Assembly: GCA_002269645.1 (NCBI GenBank)
Contig: NIVC01003591.1
Coordinates: forward strand, 35,559-99,558
Direction of reading: 5' to 3'
From: Macrostomum lignano
Taxonomy: Eukaryota
DNA length: 64,000 nucleotides
Shown here: in pieces, positions 1 through 16,619 of the stretch
Layout of the letters: the number at the start of each line of letters is the position of its first letter
Numbering within the stretch: the stretch's first letter is position 1
The notes under the pieces: generated by a model
Told to the model about the DNA's origin: nothing
Database searches by the model: none
The model's input: the letters and a program-made list of their open reading frames with translations, nothing else
Program-made: the position numbers and the translations under genes

Positions 1-112
1 ACAAGAAGTAGTAGAGTTAAAAAAGGATTCAGTATAATTGTTAAAAGAATTCTGATAAGCAGACTGCTGAGAGGCGGTGAAGTAGAGAGGCCTCAGAGAT
101 AAGGTACGTTTA

Positions 113-690
113 GGAGATTAGGCTAATAGAGGAGATAATAGGAGGAGATTAGGCTAATAGGAGGAGATTAGGCTAATAGGAGGAGATTAAACTGAGAGGA
201 GAGATTAGGCTGAGAGGAAAGGAGATTAGGCTGAGAGAAGTGAAGGTTAGGCTGAGAGGATATAGGCTGAGAGGAGAGAAGCTTAGGCTGAGAGGAGAGG
301 AGATTAGGCTGAGAGGAGAGATTAGGCTGAGAGGAAATGAGATTAGGCTGAGAGGAGAGAAGCTTAGGCTGAGAGGAGAGGAGATTAGGCTGAGAGGAGA
401 GGAGATTAGGCTGAGAGGAGTGAGGGTTAGGCTGAGAGGAGAGAAGCTTGGGCTGAGAGGAGAGGAGATTGGGCTGAGAGAAGAGGAGATTAGGCTGAGA
501 GGAGAGGAGATTAGGCTGATAGGAGAGAAACTTTGGCTGAGAGAAGAGGAGATTAGGCTGAGAGAAAAGGAGATTGGGCTGAGAGAAGAGGAGATTAGGC
601 TGAGAGGAGAGGAGATTAGGCTGATAGGAGAGAAACTTTGGCTGAGAGAAGAGGAGATTAGGCTGAGAGGAGAGGAGATTAAGCTGAGAA
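113..690. repeat. ~21-bp purine-rich minisatellite (gaggagattaggctgagagga)
   Basis: Tandem copies read directly; explains the spurious 173..745 and 240..737 ORFs. Confidence 0.9.
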
Positions 691-799
691 GTGTGCTCAG
701 AGACAACCTGAAAGCTAGAGAATGCTCAGCAGTGTAAAAGTGCACACGCGGACCCCTCCTGCCTGTCGCAGCGGGCCCGCGGCCGCACTGTTATAGAGC

Positions 800-5978
<5,179 letters not shown>

Positions 5979-7007
5979 CCGGCCGGACCGTCACCTGAGT
6001 AAAAATTTCATGTTTCTCTGAGAAAATTCATATTTCTTCTTGGCTGATAAGTTGGTTACGCTACATATCGGTAGTTTCGGAATCCTATATACTAAAATTG
6101 TTTCTAAATTCAATCTACTTAAAAGCATATAATAACAAATTTTCCCACCTGCAAATTTGGGGTTCATCACAGCACTTAACAAATTGCTTAGTTTAAAGTT
6201 GATTACGCTACATATCGGTAGTTTAGGAAATTAGATTGACTCTTATATACCGTAAACAAAGTGACAAGTTGATCTGACATAAATTTAAGACCCTGAGCTT
6301 TGATCTTCAAATAAAGGCTTTGCAGTAGTTTTTCAAAGTTAATTTCGCAACATATCGGTAGTGAGGCCCGTTTGAATTACTTAGAATAAAAGTGTTACTG
6401 CTATTGACTATGTACTTAACCTCCTGTTTTTAAGTTTATTTAATTTTTTTTTGGTTTGAGGATCATATAGGACACTATGAGGACACTTTTGGCAACTCAG
6501 CTTGCCTTGTTCACTTACGAAGTATTGTAATAATAAATCATTAGCATCAACCAACCTATGACTTCTGTGATGCTTTCTTCCGCGCTTATATTAACTCGCA
6601 AACAGAGAGTTATGCTGGAGCTGCGCATTGTGCGCGACTTGTGAATTGAATTTTATTTTTGCCTCTGGTGCTCAACTTATAAATATAAATAGTTTCCAGG
6701 CACCCAATTTGCTAATGATTGCCACTGTACTTTATTCAGATCTGAAATTTACTTACTAAAAGTGTCATTTAAAGTACATTTGCAGCTGATTAGATTGTGT
6801 TTGAGTTAACTCTGCTTATTTTATCTTGCTTAAGAGCCTTCTTTGATTTGTTATTCTGTGTGTGTAGATAAAAAATTAATATTTAATTTTGAATTGTAAA
6901 TAAATGTGTTTAAAATATGTTCTTTAGATTAAATATTCTTCTGTGACTTACTAAATACTTTCATGATCGTGTTCTTCAAATTTAGAGTATAAAAACCTAG
7001 GCATGCA

Positions 7008-7497
7008 CAAATCACAGTGCCAGTCACAGCACAGATCACAGTGCCAGTCACAGCATACACAGATCACAGTGCCAGTCACAGCACAGATCACAGTGCCACT
7101 CATAGCATACACAGATCACAGTGCCAGTCACAGCACAGATCACAGTGCCAGTCACAGCACAGATCACAGTGCCACTCACAGCATACACAGATCACAGTGC
7201 CAGTCACAGCACAGATCACAGTGCCAGTCACAGCATACACAGATCACAGTGCCAGTCACAGCATAGACAGATTACAGTGCCAGTCACAGCACAGATCGCA
7301 GTGCCAGTCACAGCACAGATCACAGTGCCAGTCACAGCACAGATCACAGTGCCAGTCACACCACAGATCACAGTGCCAGTCACAGCATACACAGATCACA
7401 GTGCCAGTCACAGCACAGATCACAGTTCCAGTCACAGCACAGATCACAGTGCCAGTCACAGCACAGATCACAGTGCCAGTCACAGCACAGATCACAG
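7008..7497. repeat. ~24-bp minisatellite (cacagatcacagtgccagtcacag) upstream of MRPL19
   Basis: Tandem copies with occasional cata insertions. Confidence 0.92.
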
Positions 7498-7536
7498 GGC
7501 CAAACTCCTGTTCATGCTGCCAGCATCCAGCTAGAG

Positions 7537-9400
7537 ATGCCACCAGCGCCATCAGCAGCAGCTGGCAGCTGCGCCCTGTCCCTGGGCTCCAGGTTCCTCT
7601 TCGGCTGCCGAGTGACCGCCGCCCACCGGTTCGCCGCTTCGCCTGTCCAGCCTCCATCGCCGCTGCATCAGCAGCCGCATCTCCAGCCGTGCCGCCAGGG
7701 CCGCCGCTGGCTCCGGCCGGAATTGCGCGGGTGTACAAGCCGCGCCTGTCGCCGGAGGCCATGAAGGAGTTCTGGCGCCTGTCGGGCATCGGGCCGGACC
7801 ACAGCCGGGCCAAGGCGGCCGACCAGCAGGCCGAGGTGCCGCCGGAGATCAAGCGACTGTACCAGGAGGCGCTGCCACCCATAGTGAGCCAGGACTACCG
7901 CGACCCCATTGTGGAGTCGCTGCACCGGGCCGAGATGATGCGGCGACGGCGGGTCATCAACATTCCGGAGTTCCACGTCGGCTCCATCCTTGCCGTCAGC
8001 GTGATGGACAAGCACGCGCCTAACAAGGTTGGCGGGCCTTCCTTTCGCTTCGATCAATCTGCTGACTTAACTCCTTAATCGCCCCTTCAATTCCAAAGAA
8101 TCGCCCATTAAATATCAAAGAATCGCCCCTTCAATTCCAAAGAATCGCCCCTTAATCCCAAGGAATCGCCCCTTCAATCCCAAGGAATCGCCCCTTCAAT
8201 CCCAAAGAATCGCCCCTTCAATCTCAAAGAATCGCCCTTTCAATCTCAAAGAATCGCCCCTTAAATCTCAAAGAATCACCCCTTAAATCCCAAGGAATGG
8301 CCTTTTCAACGGTCATTCTCTATCTGCTGGACTCCCATTGCACATGCTAAGATCTGACATCTAACATGCAATATACTACTCACTACACTGAGTAGCGAAT
8401 CTCATTGCTCGTTCCAACCCTCCGCCAGGTGAACCGCTTTGTTGGCCTGTGCATCCTGCGCAGGCACACCGGCCTCTTCACCACATTCACCCTGCGCAAT
8501 ATGGTCGACCAGGTGTGCGTGCAGATCGAATACGAGCTCTACAGCCCCAGCATCGTGTCCATCCAGCTGCTGAAGCTCGAGCGTCGCCTTGACGACAACC
8601 TGCTGTACCTGATGGACGCGCCGCATAGTCACTGCACGATCCCCTTCGACATGGTGCCGGAGCCGTATTCGCGCAACGACCCGGTGCCCGTCAATAGGGA
8701 GCGGGTGAGTAGGGTTCGAATCACCATCAGTACCGAGTTCGAATCCCAGTGCATCAGTCCTGAATTTGAATTCCAGAGATTATCATCAGTCCCGAATTCG
8801 AATCCTAGTGCTCACCATCAGTCCCGAGTTCGAATCCTAGTGCTTACCATCAGTCCCGAGTTCGAATCCTAGTGCTCACCATCAGTCCCGAGTTCGAATC
8901 CCAGTGCTCACCATCAGTCCCGAGTTCGAATCCCAGTGCTCACCATCAGTCCTGAGTTTGAGAGTTCTAATCTGCCGGGCGTCGATCTAAGTCCTTAGCT
9001 CGAATCCTGGGTGACACAAACAAGTCTTGTCAACATACGTGTAGGTCTAATACTACCTAAGTTACATGCAAGCATCCGGAATTCTGCCCTCCAGGTGCGG
9101 CTGAACCCTCCACCCTGGATGTGCAAGTGGCACCTGCATGGCTACCAGGGCATAGACCTGGAGCACCTGTACAGCTACCTGAGCGACAAAGACGTTGCTA
9201 AAGCAATCGAATTCTCAAAGGCCTACAAGAGGTACGACCTGCTGGACCAGTACCTCAACAGGGTGCCCGTGCCCGATGCTGACTACGCCTTCAAGGACAT
9301 CTTCATTCAGCACCAGGAGCTGCTCCAGCACCAGCAGCAGCAGCAGCAGCAGTCCTCAAAAAAATCCGAAGTGATCAGCAAACTGACTGGCACAGTGTGA
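7537..9400 (+). CDS. MRPL19: Mitochondrial ribosomal protein L19. Exons ~7537-8027, 8429-8704, 9095-9400; 5' end unresolved (frame break)
   Basis: EMMRRRRVINIPEFHVGSILAV, RFVGLCI..GLFTTFTLRN, YELYSP, KLERRLDDNLLYL, PVPVN..VRLNPPPW match the mt-L19 pattern; GT-AG phase-0 junctions at 8027/8429 and 8704/9095. Confidence 0.9.
8085..8300. repeat. ~21-22-bp minisatellite (aagaatcgccccttcaatccca), MRPL19 intron
   Basis: Tandem copies seen. Confidence 0.85.
8715..8960. repeat. 32-bp minisatellite (cccgagttcgaatcccagtgctcaccatcagt) carrying a Pol III B-box-like motif, MRPL19 intron
   Basis: About 7 copies seen; GAGTTCGAATCC in most units. Confidence 0.85.
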
Positions 9401-9738
9401 ATTCGGTGCCAGATTGCAGCAACTGAAGCCATTATAATTATAATTGGCACTGCCTGTTCTTGTTAGCTGAATTCGCATTCATATTTATCACCTGTTGATG
9501 CTTTTAGCATTTTTGTGACTGCCCATGATGCGAGCAAGTCAAATACAGCCCTCACTAGGGTGACGGAGCTTGAGAGTGTGCTCCAGGCATTTACTGCTCT
9601 GTGAGCCATAAATTTTAGCTTTTGATTTTCTATTGATTTTTTATTGATTAGTCGGCGGAATGGGAAGAAAGATTCTTATTAATGCAAATGGTATTTTGTG
9701 TCTCATTAGGCTTGAAGTAGTCGAGAACGTGTAGAGAT

Positions 9739-10019
9739 CAATAATAATAATAATAATAATTGAGTACACCTGCCCCAATTGGGCCAGACATCTCAGCCTG
9801 AAGGCTGCGTACGGCTGTTCAGTCCAAGGACTGTTGGTTCGCCACACCCCCTCAATTACCCCAGCTAATGCTGGCACCCCAGTTTACAGCTGGGTGAACT
9901 GAAGCAATGCTGAGTTAAGTATCTTGCTCAAGGACACAAACTGCTCCAAGTGGGTCGAGAATCGAAACCCCGACCTTTCATTCGTGAGTCCGACGCTCTA
10001 ACCACTAGGCTGCAACCCC
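9739..10019 (-). mobile_element. tRNA-derived SINE with MIR-like CORE domain and (TTA)n tail
   Basis: Minus strand: head with A box (tagtggttaga) and B box (ggtttcgattc); then tgtgtccttgagcaagatacttaac...tcagtt...ctgtaaactggg (9876-9937); AAT-repeat tail at 9739-9760. Confidence 0.85.
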
Positions 10020-10425
10020 CTCGTCAAACAAATATTTGATTAAAAAATTGGACTAACTTTTAAAACTCTACTCACAAGTAGCAGACACGGAGTATAAATA
10101 CGGAATTCCATTCAAACCTCAAACCAGTCTTCACAAACCTGTCAATCAATCAACCTTGTTGCCGTAGTAATTTTCCACATGTCATGATAAACAGGCCAAA
10201 AAGCAAGTTTGACAGAATATCGACAGCTGGATGACAGCTCGTCAAAAAAACCTGTCGCCGAGAAAGGGTCTATGAGATTTTTTCCGCAGGTGGTTTTCCC
10301 GCGGGAGCTTTTCCCGTTTATAGTTAATCCAGTCTATAGAGTCGACTATACTACACTAGACTAGATCAGAGCAAGACTAGACTAGCGATCAAGTCCGACT
10401 GGATTTGACTTGAAATTCCTACTGG

Positions 10426-10690
10426 CAATGGCGTCGCCATGGATTTTATGGTGGTGGGGACGAAGCCAAGGATTCAACGTAAACATGCATGTATATGACT
10501 AAATTCCTACATTTCCATTATTTAAAGAATCGTGTTGTCAGCACTCATTTTGGCGCCGCAGGCACTCCATTTATTATTGATTACCACAACGGGTCACAAG
10601 GTGGGGTGGGGGAAAAAGCATTGGCATGTCCCCCATAGCTTTTACCGTGGGGGGCATGTCCCCTCTGTCCCCCCGGTGGCGACGCGCCTG
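10426..10690. mobile_element. Non-autonomous hAT-type MITE
   Basis: 14-bp imperfect TIRs (caatggcgtcgcca / tggcgacgcgcctg, 11/14) flanked by an 8-bp TSD, cctactgg (10418-25) / cccactgg (10691-98), 7/8 match. An 8-bp TSD is typical of hAT. Confidence 0.8.
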
Positions 10691-11137
10691 CCCACTGGAA
10701 AACGACCTGCGGGAAATTCTCGTGCTCCCGACTCGACACAAAAGCAACTCACTGGCAATCAAATTGGATACGGGTATGAGTGATGCCAGCATTTTTCTGC
10801 ATTTATTCGAGGGTACCGATTTCACCGCCACAACTGCCACTGCACGACAGATGGAATTGACAATTCAGCACATCTGGTGCAATGCAGAGGACAGTCTTCT
10901 GGGATTCTGTCAGCATTCTCATCGCACTAAAATACTTGGTGTCCAGGTGTCCCGAAGAGCACGCAGAGTTGATTGCCACTCAAGCAGCTCTCCTGCATCA
11001 CTTCCTGGAGGCAGGTTTCTTTCTGACAAGCTGCTTCAAGATTTTTGGAGATAAAAATCCAAACAACGAGGCATGCGCTCGCAGAAACGGGGAGCCTGGC
11101 AGTTTAGACACCCACGTCTTGGAAAACCTTCATCAGG

Positions 11138-12370
11138 ATGCGGATGAGCCCTCAGCTGTTCGCGCTTCTGAGCCTCTGCATTGCTGGTGAGTCTCGCCGA
11201 TTATGTCAAAATTATTTATGCCATTATGCCAACGATTATGCCATCAGTTGCAGCCGCCGGGACTCCCAGCTGCCGTAGACTCGTTAAGTCGCCCGGCCCG
11301 ATCGCCCTGGACGCCGGCGTCGGCAGCTCCGTCATCGCTGCCGAACCCGCAGCCAGCTCACAGGACTGCGTGCTCAAGTGCGTCATCGCGTCCAGCGACT
11401 GCGCGCTCGCCACCTTCAATAGCGGCAGCCGCCTCTGCAGGACTCTGCGGCTGGTTGAAGCTTCGCCTGAATCGGCGAGACTCGGTGAGCTGGGATCCGA
11501 GGCTGGCGATGAGGTGTGGCCGAGGACTTCTGGCAGACGGTCGAGCGGCTGAGGCTGTCGGGCAGCGGTGAGTTGCGAAGTCTGCAGACACAAACTCGTG
11601 CAAATAGCCAGGTAGCTTGCAGTCACTTATTAGCCTACACAGATAGTTTGCATTGTTTGCAGGGCCGACTGCAACCGAGAGCACCTCATCATCCCCCACT
11701 CACACGTCCGCCTCTGAGACTCTCCTGCCGGTTTCGCATCCCGGATACCAGCAGCAGATCGGGGACAGGACCTTCTGGGTGTTCCAGCAGAGACAGACCG
11801 GAGAGGTGGCCTTCAACAGGACCTGGGGCGAGTATGTCAGCGGCTTCGGGAATGCCGTTGAGTTCTGGATCGGTGAGACCTGAAGTTTTCGTTTGAATGC
11901 AAGTGTAAAAATAATAAAAAGCAATGTGCAATATGCTCCATATTTACTCAGGACTGAATAGAATCCACGAGTTCACACTGAACCACACCAGCAACTTGAG
12001 AGTCGAGGCCCAGACTTTCAATGGAGAGTTCTACGCGTTCGAGTGGCTCGGCTTCACCGTCGGAGACTCCAGCAAGAACTGCAGGATGAACTACGGCAGC
12101 TTCCTCAGCGCCAACTCCACCATCAGCTGCGACTTTTTGTATTGGAATCGAGGCCAGCAGTTCTCCACCTTCGACAGGGACAACGACGCTTTTTCATACA
12201 GCTGCAGCGCCATCTATGGAAGCGGCGGCTTCTGGTGGGGCAGCTGCATGACATCCAACCCGAACGGTGTGTACTCAACCACGCAGGCGCCCGGTGCCTC
12301 CTACATGGCCTCATTTTGCATTAGAAGCTGGAAGGCCCTCCGTTCGATGCGGATGATGCTGCAGGTGTGA
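11138..12370 (+). CDS. Secreted fibrinogen-related protein: signal peptide, PAN/apple-like domain, Ser/Thr linker, fibrinogen C domain. Exons 11138-11186, 11254-11567, 11663-11872, 11952-12370; one base missing near 11518-11521
   Basis: MRMSPQLFALLSLCIA signal; C-x3-C-x6-C-x11-C PAN pattern; WVFQQR, FNRTWGEYVSGFG, EFWIGL, FSTFDRDND, GGFWWGSC..SNPNG FBG motifs; three phase-1 GT-AG introns. Exons total 992 nt; +1 nt gives 330 aa. Confidence 0.9.
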
Positions 12371-12848
12371 AGCTGCACGAATCCGATGAGGATTTGCACC
12401 AAAACCCTAGTCTCATATACAGTTTTTTTGAGTTATCGCGTCAAACTTGATGCTTAAAATACAACACCTACCTCGTAAAACTTCCAAGCGAAGGAACTGG
12501 AAGTCTGCAACTCTCGGTAATCATTTTGTAGTCCTTGATTCATTCTTTTCTACGAACCCGACCAGAGACTCCCTGCCCAGGCTCGGCAGTTCTGTGTAAA
12601 GAAAAGTCAGGAACAGCACTGTAAGTGATGGCTTATTGACTAAAAAATGCTACATAGCCAAAGCTTACACTCTACCGGCTCGAAATGCGCAGCGGCAACG
12701 CCTGCTCAGCTTTGAATGTCCCTCCAGTTTCGATAAGAAATATTACCCAATAGTAATGTATTATTTAGACAGAGAAGTGGCAAACTTAAATATATCTACG
12801 AGCGAACTATTATTGAGCGCAAGGCGCGAGTCGGCAAAGTCTCCGCAG

Positions 12849-15173
12849 TCAGTCACTGTCGTCGCTGCACCGCTGCAGCTCCGTCACTGTGTCCCGGATG
12901 GTGTGGACGCACAGCTGCAGGTCCCTGGACAGCGCCACCAGCGACTCCGCCACGGACCCGATCAGGGCCTCCTCGCTGCCCTGCTGGGGCCGCCGCCGCC
13001 GCCGCCGCCCCTGCCGCTTCGACAGCGAGCTGCACCGAGTCGCGGAAGCTCCGCTGCCGATCGTTCGGTTTCTGCAGCTGCGCCTACTGACTGCGTTGGA
13101 CTGGTTGCCGTCCGCCCGCGCCTCGGCCCCGCCCTCCGTCAGCAGCGCCTCGTCTTCGTCATCAGCGTCGGTCCCGGCGAGCCCCGGGCTGCCCAGCTCG
13201 CAGGTGACCTCGCAGATTTGAAATCGGCAGCGCTCCACGCAGGGTCGCTGCGGCTGCCGCCGCTCAAGTTGCTGCGGCCGGCGCTGGCAGCTTCTTCGAC
13301 TCGACGGTGTCGCTGTACGCGAGGAAACCGCCGAGGCATCGGCGAACGGGTGCCGCCTCTGCTGCCGCCGCCGCCTTCGGGCCGCCCGGTCCAGAGTCTG
13401 CACGAGGCTGTCCAGACCGCCGCCGTCCGCCTTCGCCGGAGTAGCCGTCGCCGTCGGTGACTTCGGCGAGTCTCTCCGGCTGGATTGTCGGCTGTTCATG
13501 TTCGTGTCTGCCGAGCCGCGCCGCCTCCCGGGCTGCTGGCCCCGCCAGCTTGGCAGCCTCTGCGGTCGCCTGGTTGAGTCGCTGTCGCTGCTGGCCTCGT
13601 CAGCCAGAATTTCATTGGCGCTCGTCGACTCGGCGACCAGCGAGCGGGCTGTCTCCGACTGCCGCGCCCACTGCTGCGCCGGGCACGGTGCCGTCGCCGT
13701 GGCAGCCGCCCTTCGGCCGACGCCGGCGTCAGCTCGCGGCTCCCATGGCACCGCCTGCTGCCAGTCGTTCGCGGACTCCTCCGTGATTCGAGCTGCTGAC
13801 GAAGACGACTCTGCCGATGTCCCCGCAGTTGCAGCCGCAGCCGCCGCCGCTGCCGCCTCCCCAGCCGCCGTCTTGGCGGAAGAAGCGCCGCAGCAGCCGC
13901 GGCCCGGGCAGAAAAATGCGTTCAGCCGTCGGCCGACAACCCGAAGAACTCCGGCGGCCTCCTCTGCGGACTCGGCATTTCTAAGGCGGCTTTCTATGAG
14001 CTGCTGGCGCTCGGGCCGTTGATGCTGCAGCAGCTCCATCTGCCGCTGAGGCTGCTCATCCCGCTGCCCTATCGGCTCATCCTCGCTGGTCAGTTCGTCT
14101 CCAATAAGCCGCAGCTGCCTTGGCGGCCACCGCTGCTGCTCTCTCGTGGTGGTCTCTTGGGGTCTCTCGTCCCTCCGGCAGCCCAGGTGACTGGCCGATC
14201 GGCGTCGAAGCCCCCCCGAATTCCTCGGTGGCGGCTCCTCTCGAGGCTCCGGTGGCTTCTGCGGAGGCGGCGGCAGAGGCTCCAGGGATTCAAAGTCCGG
14301 CGCCACGTTGTCGGTGTCGTCGGAGCGAATCGGCGCCGAGCCCGGCTGCGGCAGGTCGGCCGTGTCGGTCTGGCAGGCGGCCGTGCGGCTGTCGCGGGCC
14401 TCCGGCCGGCCGCGCGGTGTCCGCAGCTGCACGACGGGCGGCGGCCGGAGTGGCCTATCCGGGCCGGAGCAGCGAAAGACGGCGCACAGCGACCGCTCCG
14501 CGGTGCCAACTGTCGCCGAGTCGGCGACTGGCGGCGGCTGCAACGGCGTGCAGACCTCAGTCGGCGAGCTCTCCGAGGCCTCCTTGGCCGCGGCTACGGG
14601 CAGGCTGCTCAGAAAGGTGCTCTCAAAGAAGTACCGCGTCCGAGTGCTGGCTGCCGACCGAGCGTCGTAGGGGGTCGCCAGGCCGGGTTCCTGTGGTGGC
14701 GGCGGGGGCGGGGGCGGCGGCGGCGGCGGCGGTGGTGGTGGCGGCGGTGGCGGTTGCGGAGGCTGCGACCTGCCCGCCCGCCCAGCCTGCATGTGGCCGT
14801 GGCAGACGGCCGCCCGGATCCTGTAGAAGTCCCGGTCGCCTCGTCCCGTTGGAGTCGGCCTGGCCGTCGTCTCGTCGCTTCCGCGCTCGCTGCTGTCTAT
14901 GAAGCTGAAGGTGTGCGGGTGCTGGCTGAGCAGCACGGAGGCGCGGTCAAGGATGGCCGCCACGCTGTCGTCAGGATTGGCCGGGCGCGGGTGCCGGTAG
15001 TGCAGCCGGCGGAGCGGCGCCACCTGCAGCGGCGACTCGCTGTCGGTGTCGCCTCCCGCGGCCCCGCTGCTGTGCTGCTGCTGCTGCTGGCGGAGCTCGT
15101 CGCTGCTGCTGAGCTGCATCCGGATACCGACGGTGGTGTCGGACCTGTCCGGGTCCCCGTACCGCGCCCACAT
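12849..15173 (-). CDS. Hypothetical 774-aa low-complexity (Pro/Ser/Arg-rich) protein with a short C-terminal helical segment
   Basis: Uninterrupted 2.3-kb ATG-to-stop frame in a GC-rich island with AT-richer flanks; no recognisable domain. Confidence 0.6.
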   Translation of the reverse strand: MWARYGDPDRSDTTVGIRMQLSSSDELRQQQQQHSSGAAGGDTDSESPLQVAPLRRLHYRHPRPANPDDSVAAILDRASVLLSQHPHTFSFIDSSERGSDETTARPTPTGRGDRDFYRIRAAVCHGHMQAGRAGRSQPPQPPPPPPPPPPPPPPPPPPPPQEPGLATPYDARSAASTRTRYFFESTFLSSLPVAAAKEASESSPTEVCTPLQPPPVADSATVGTAERSLCAVFRCSGPDRPLRPPPVVQLRTPRGRPEARDSRTAACQTDTADLPQPGSAPIRSDDTDNVAPDFESLEPLPPPPQKPPEPREEPPPRNSGGLRRRSASHLGCRRDERPQETTTREQQRWPPRQLRLIGDELTSEDEPIGQRDEQPQRQMELLQHQRPERQQLIESRLRNAESAEEAAGVLRVVGRRLNAFFCPGRGCCGASSAKTAAGEAAAAAAAAATAGTSAESSSSAARITEESANDWQQAVPWEPRADAGVGRRAAATATAPCPAQQWARQSETARSLVAESTSANEILADEASSDSDSTRRPQRLPSWRGQQPGRRRGSADTNMNSRQSSRRDSPKSPTATATPAKADGGGLDSLVQTLDRAARRRRRQQRRHPFADASAVSSRTATPSSRRSCQRRPQQLERRQPQRPCVERCRFQICEVTCELGSPGLAGTDADDEDEALLTEGGAEARADGNQSNAVSRRSCRNRTIGSGASATRCSSLSKRQGRRRRRRPQQGSEEALIGSVAESLVALSRDLQLCVHTIRDTVTELQRCSDDSD

Positions 15174-15799
15174 GCCGCAAGGGTCGAATGAATCGAAGGT
15201 AGAGTTCCGATGCCGTCAGCCAGTTCCGCTTGTGAACACCCAGGGGCATGGGATTTGTAGTTTGATTGCGTAGCGCTTCTTTGTAAAAGCGGCAAGTGGG
15301 GGTTCGGGCCATAGACTATTGCGGGAGTCGGTGAATAGAAACGCGTTTGCTCCCACGCGCATGAGGGCCAGAGACCCTGGTTTTCTAACTTGTCTCATTT
15401 TTAATCCAAGCCGCCATGCCAGCGTCAAAAACTAGCCATTCCACTATGAGTAGAGCAGTCTGGGTGTTTGGCCCGGTTGAGAGACTGACGGGAAGCAACA
15501 GCCTCTCTGAATCGATGCATCCATGATGCTCGCCTTTTTTCTTAGAAACTCAGCCACTCCGTCCTGTAAGAAGGGAAAGTTGAGTGACAGCTCAAGTCGG
15601 GAATGAACCGCGCCTCGGGCCACTCGACGAATGCCTTTTCCTGTCCTTGGCTACGCACGTAAGGCCTCTGGACTTATCTCTAAGTTGTGAGACTCATGAG
15701 ACAGAGACAGCACTCCAAATAAACGATATGTTGCGTATTATACTTTTAACCATATCGAAGAAAAGCTTTTGGAAGTAGTGCAGACTCGAACCAGCGTCC

Positions 15800-15960
15800 A
15801 TTCCCGCTTAAAGACCGATGTTGACCTTGTCAAGGCCCATGAGACCGTCGATCGCTCAATCAATCACTTTCTGGCTTTAGAGCAGATTAGCCTGATTGCG
15901 GGGAGTGACTCAAAACCTTAGGAGTCTCCCGTGCTTCCTGACAAATTGTATGCTTATTGA
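15800..15960 (+). mobile_element. Possible degenerate non-LTR (RTE-like) reverse transcriptase fragment
   Basis: DVDLVKAHETVDR resembles the RT motif FVDxxKAFDSVDR; surrounding sequence is decayed. Confidence 0.3.
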
Positions 15961-16619
15961 GTACGCCAGCACCTGCGGAGCGACCTGTTTATTCATTCCA
16001 GTCACCGAAGCATCAATAGAAAATTATGAACTTTTTCTTTACTGCCTTTTCGTACGAATTATTTACTAAATTGTCGGGCTCTGTCCCCCATCTCTACTCT
16101 GTTTGTCGCCCCGCCCCACCCGGTTTCCATGGCTTTGTTGACGCTCAAACCACCCTGAGCACACACACACTGAGAGTCCTGAGTCCTGACTGAGCAGCTG
16201 TACTCTGCCTCCACAGCTCTCCCTCATCCCCCCAACCAAGCATTTCTCCCTTGCCCGGCCCCGACATCCAGTCTCTCTTTCTCCGCTCCCACCACCCAGC
16301 ACTTCCCCCCTCGCGCTTCCCTCAGCCGGCCCGCCGATCTCGCTAATAATAAATCCGACTTGTGAGTTCTCTCTCCGGCTGGCTCGCGCGGTCGCCTCCC
16401 CCGTCACCTGCAGCTCAAGCAAGTCCCAAGCAACTCAACTCTGCCTCTGTGGCGGGACCTTCGCTTCGCGGTTGGGGCTTCGTCAATCAGTTCTGTCGAG
16501 TTGATTTAAATATTTCAATTCCAGTTTAACCGAGCAGCTCAGACTGACTGCAGCTCCTGATAACTTGCGGCTGAACATGAGGTGAGCTTTGAAGGTGGAC
16601 TTGAAAACCTTTCTTGGGT

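Noticed and set aside
10700-11130. ORFs 10626..11054 and 10882..11190
   Set aside because: No recognisable motif, lower GC than real exons here, and overlap with a MITE and the FBG gene's upstream region.
13139-14902. Numerous overlapping plus-strand ORFs here and at 24.9-26.6 kb
   Set aside because: Shadow ORFs of GC-rich minus-strand coding sequence.
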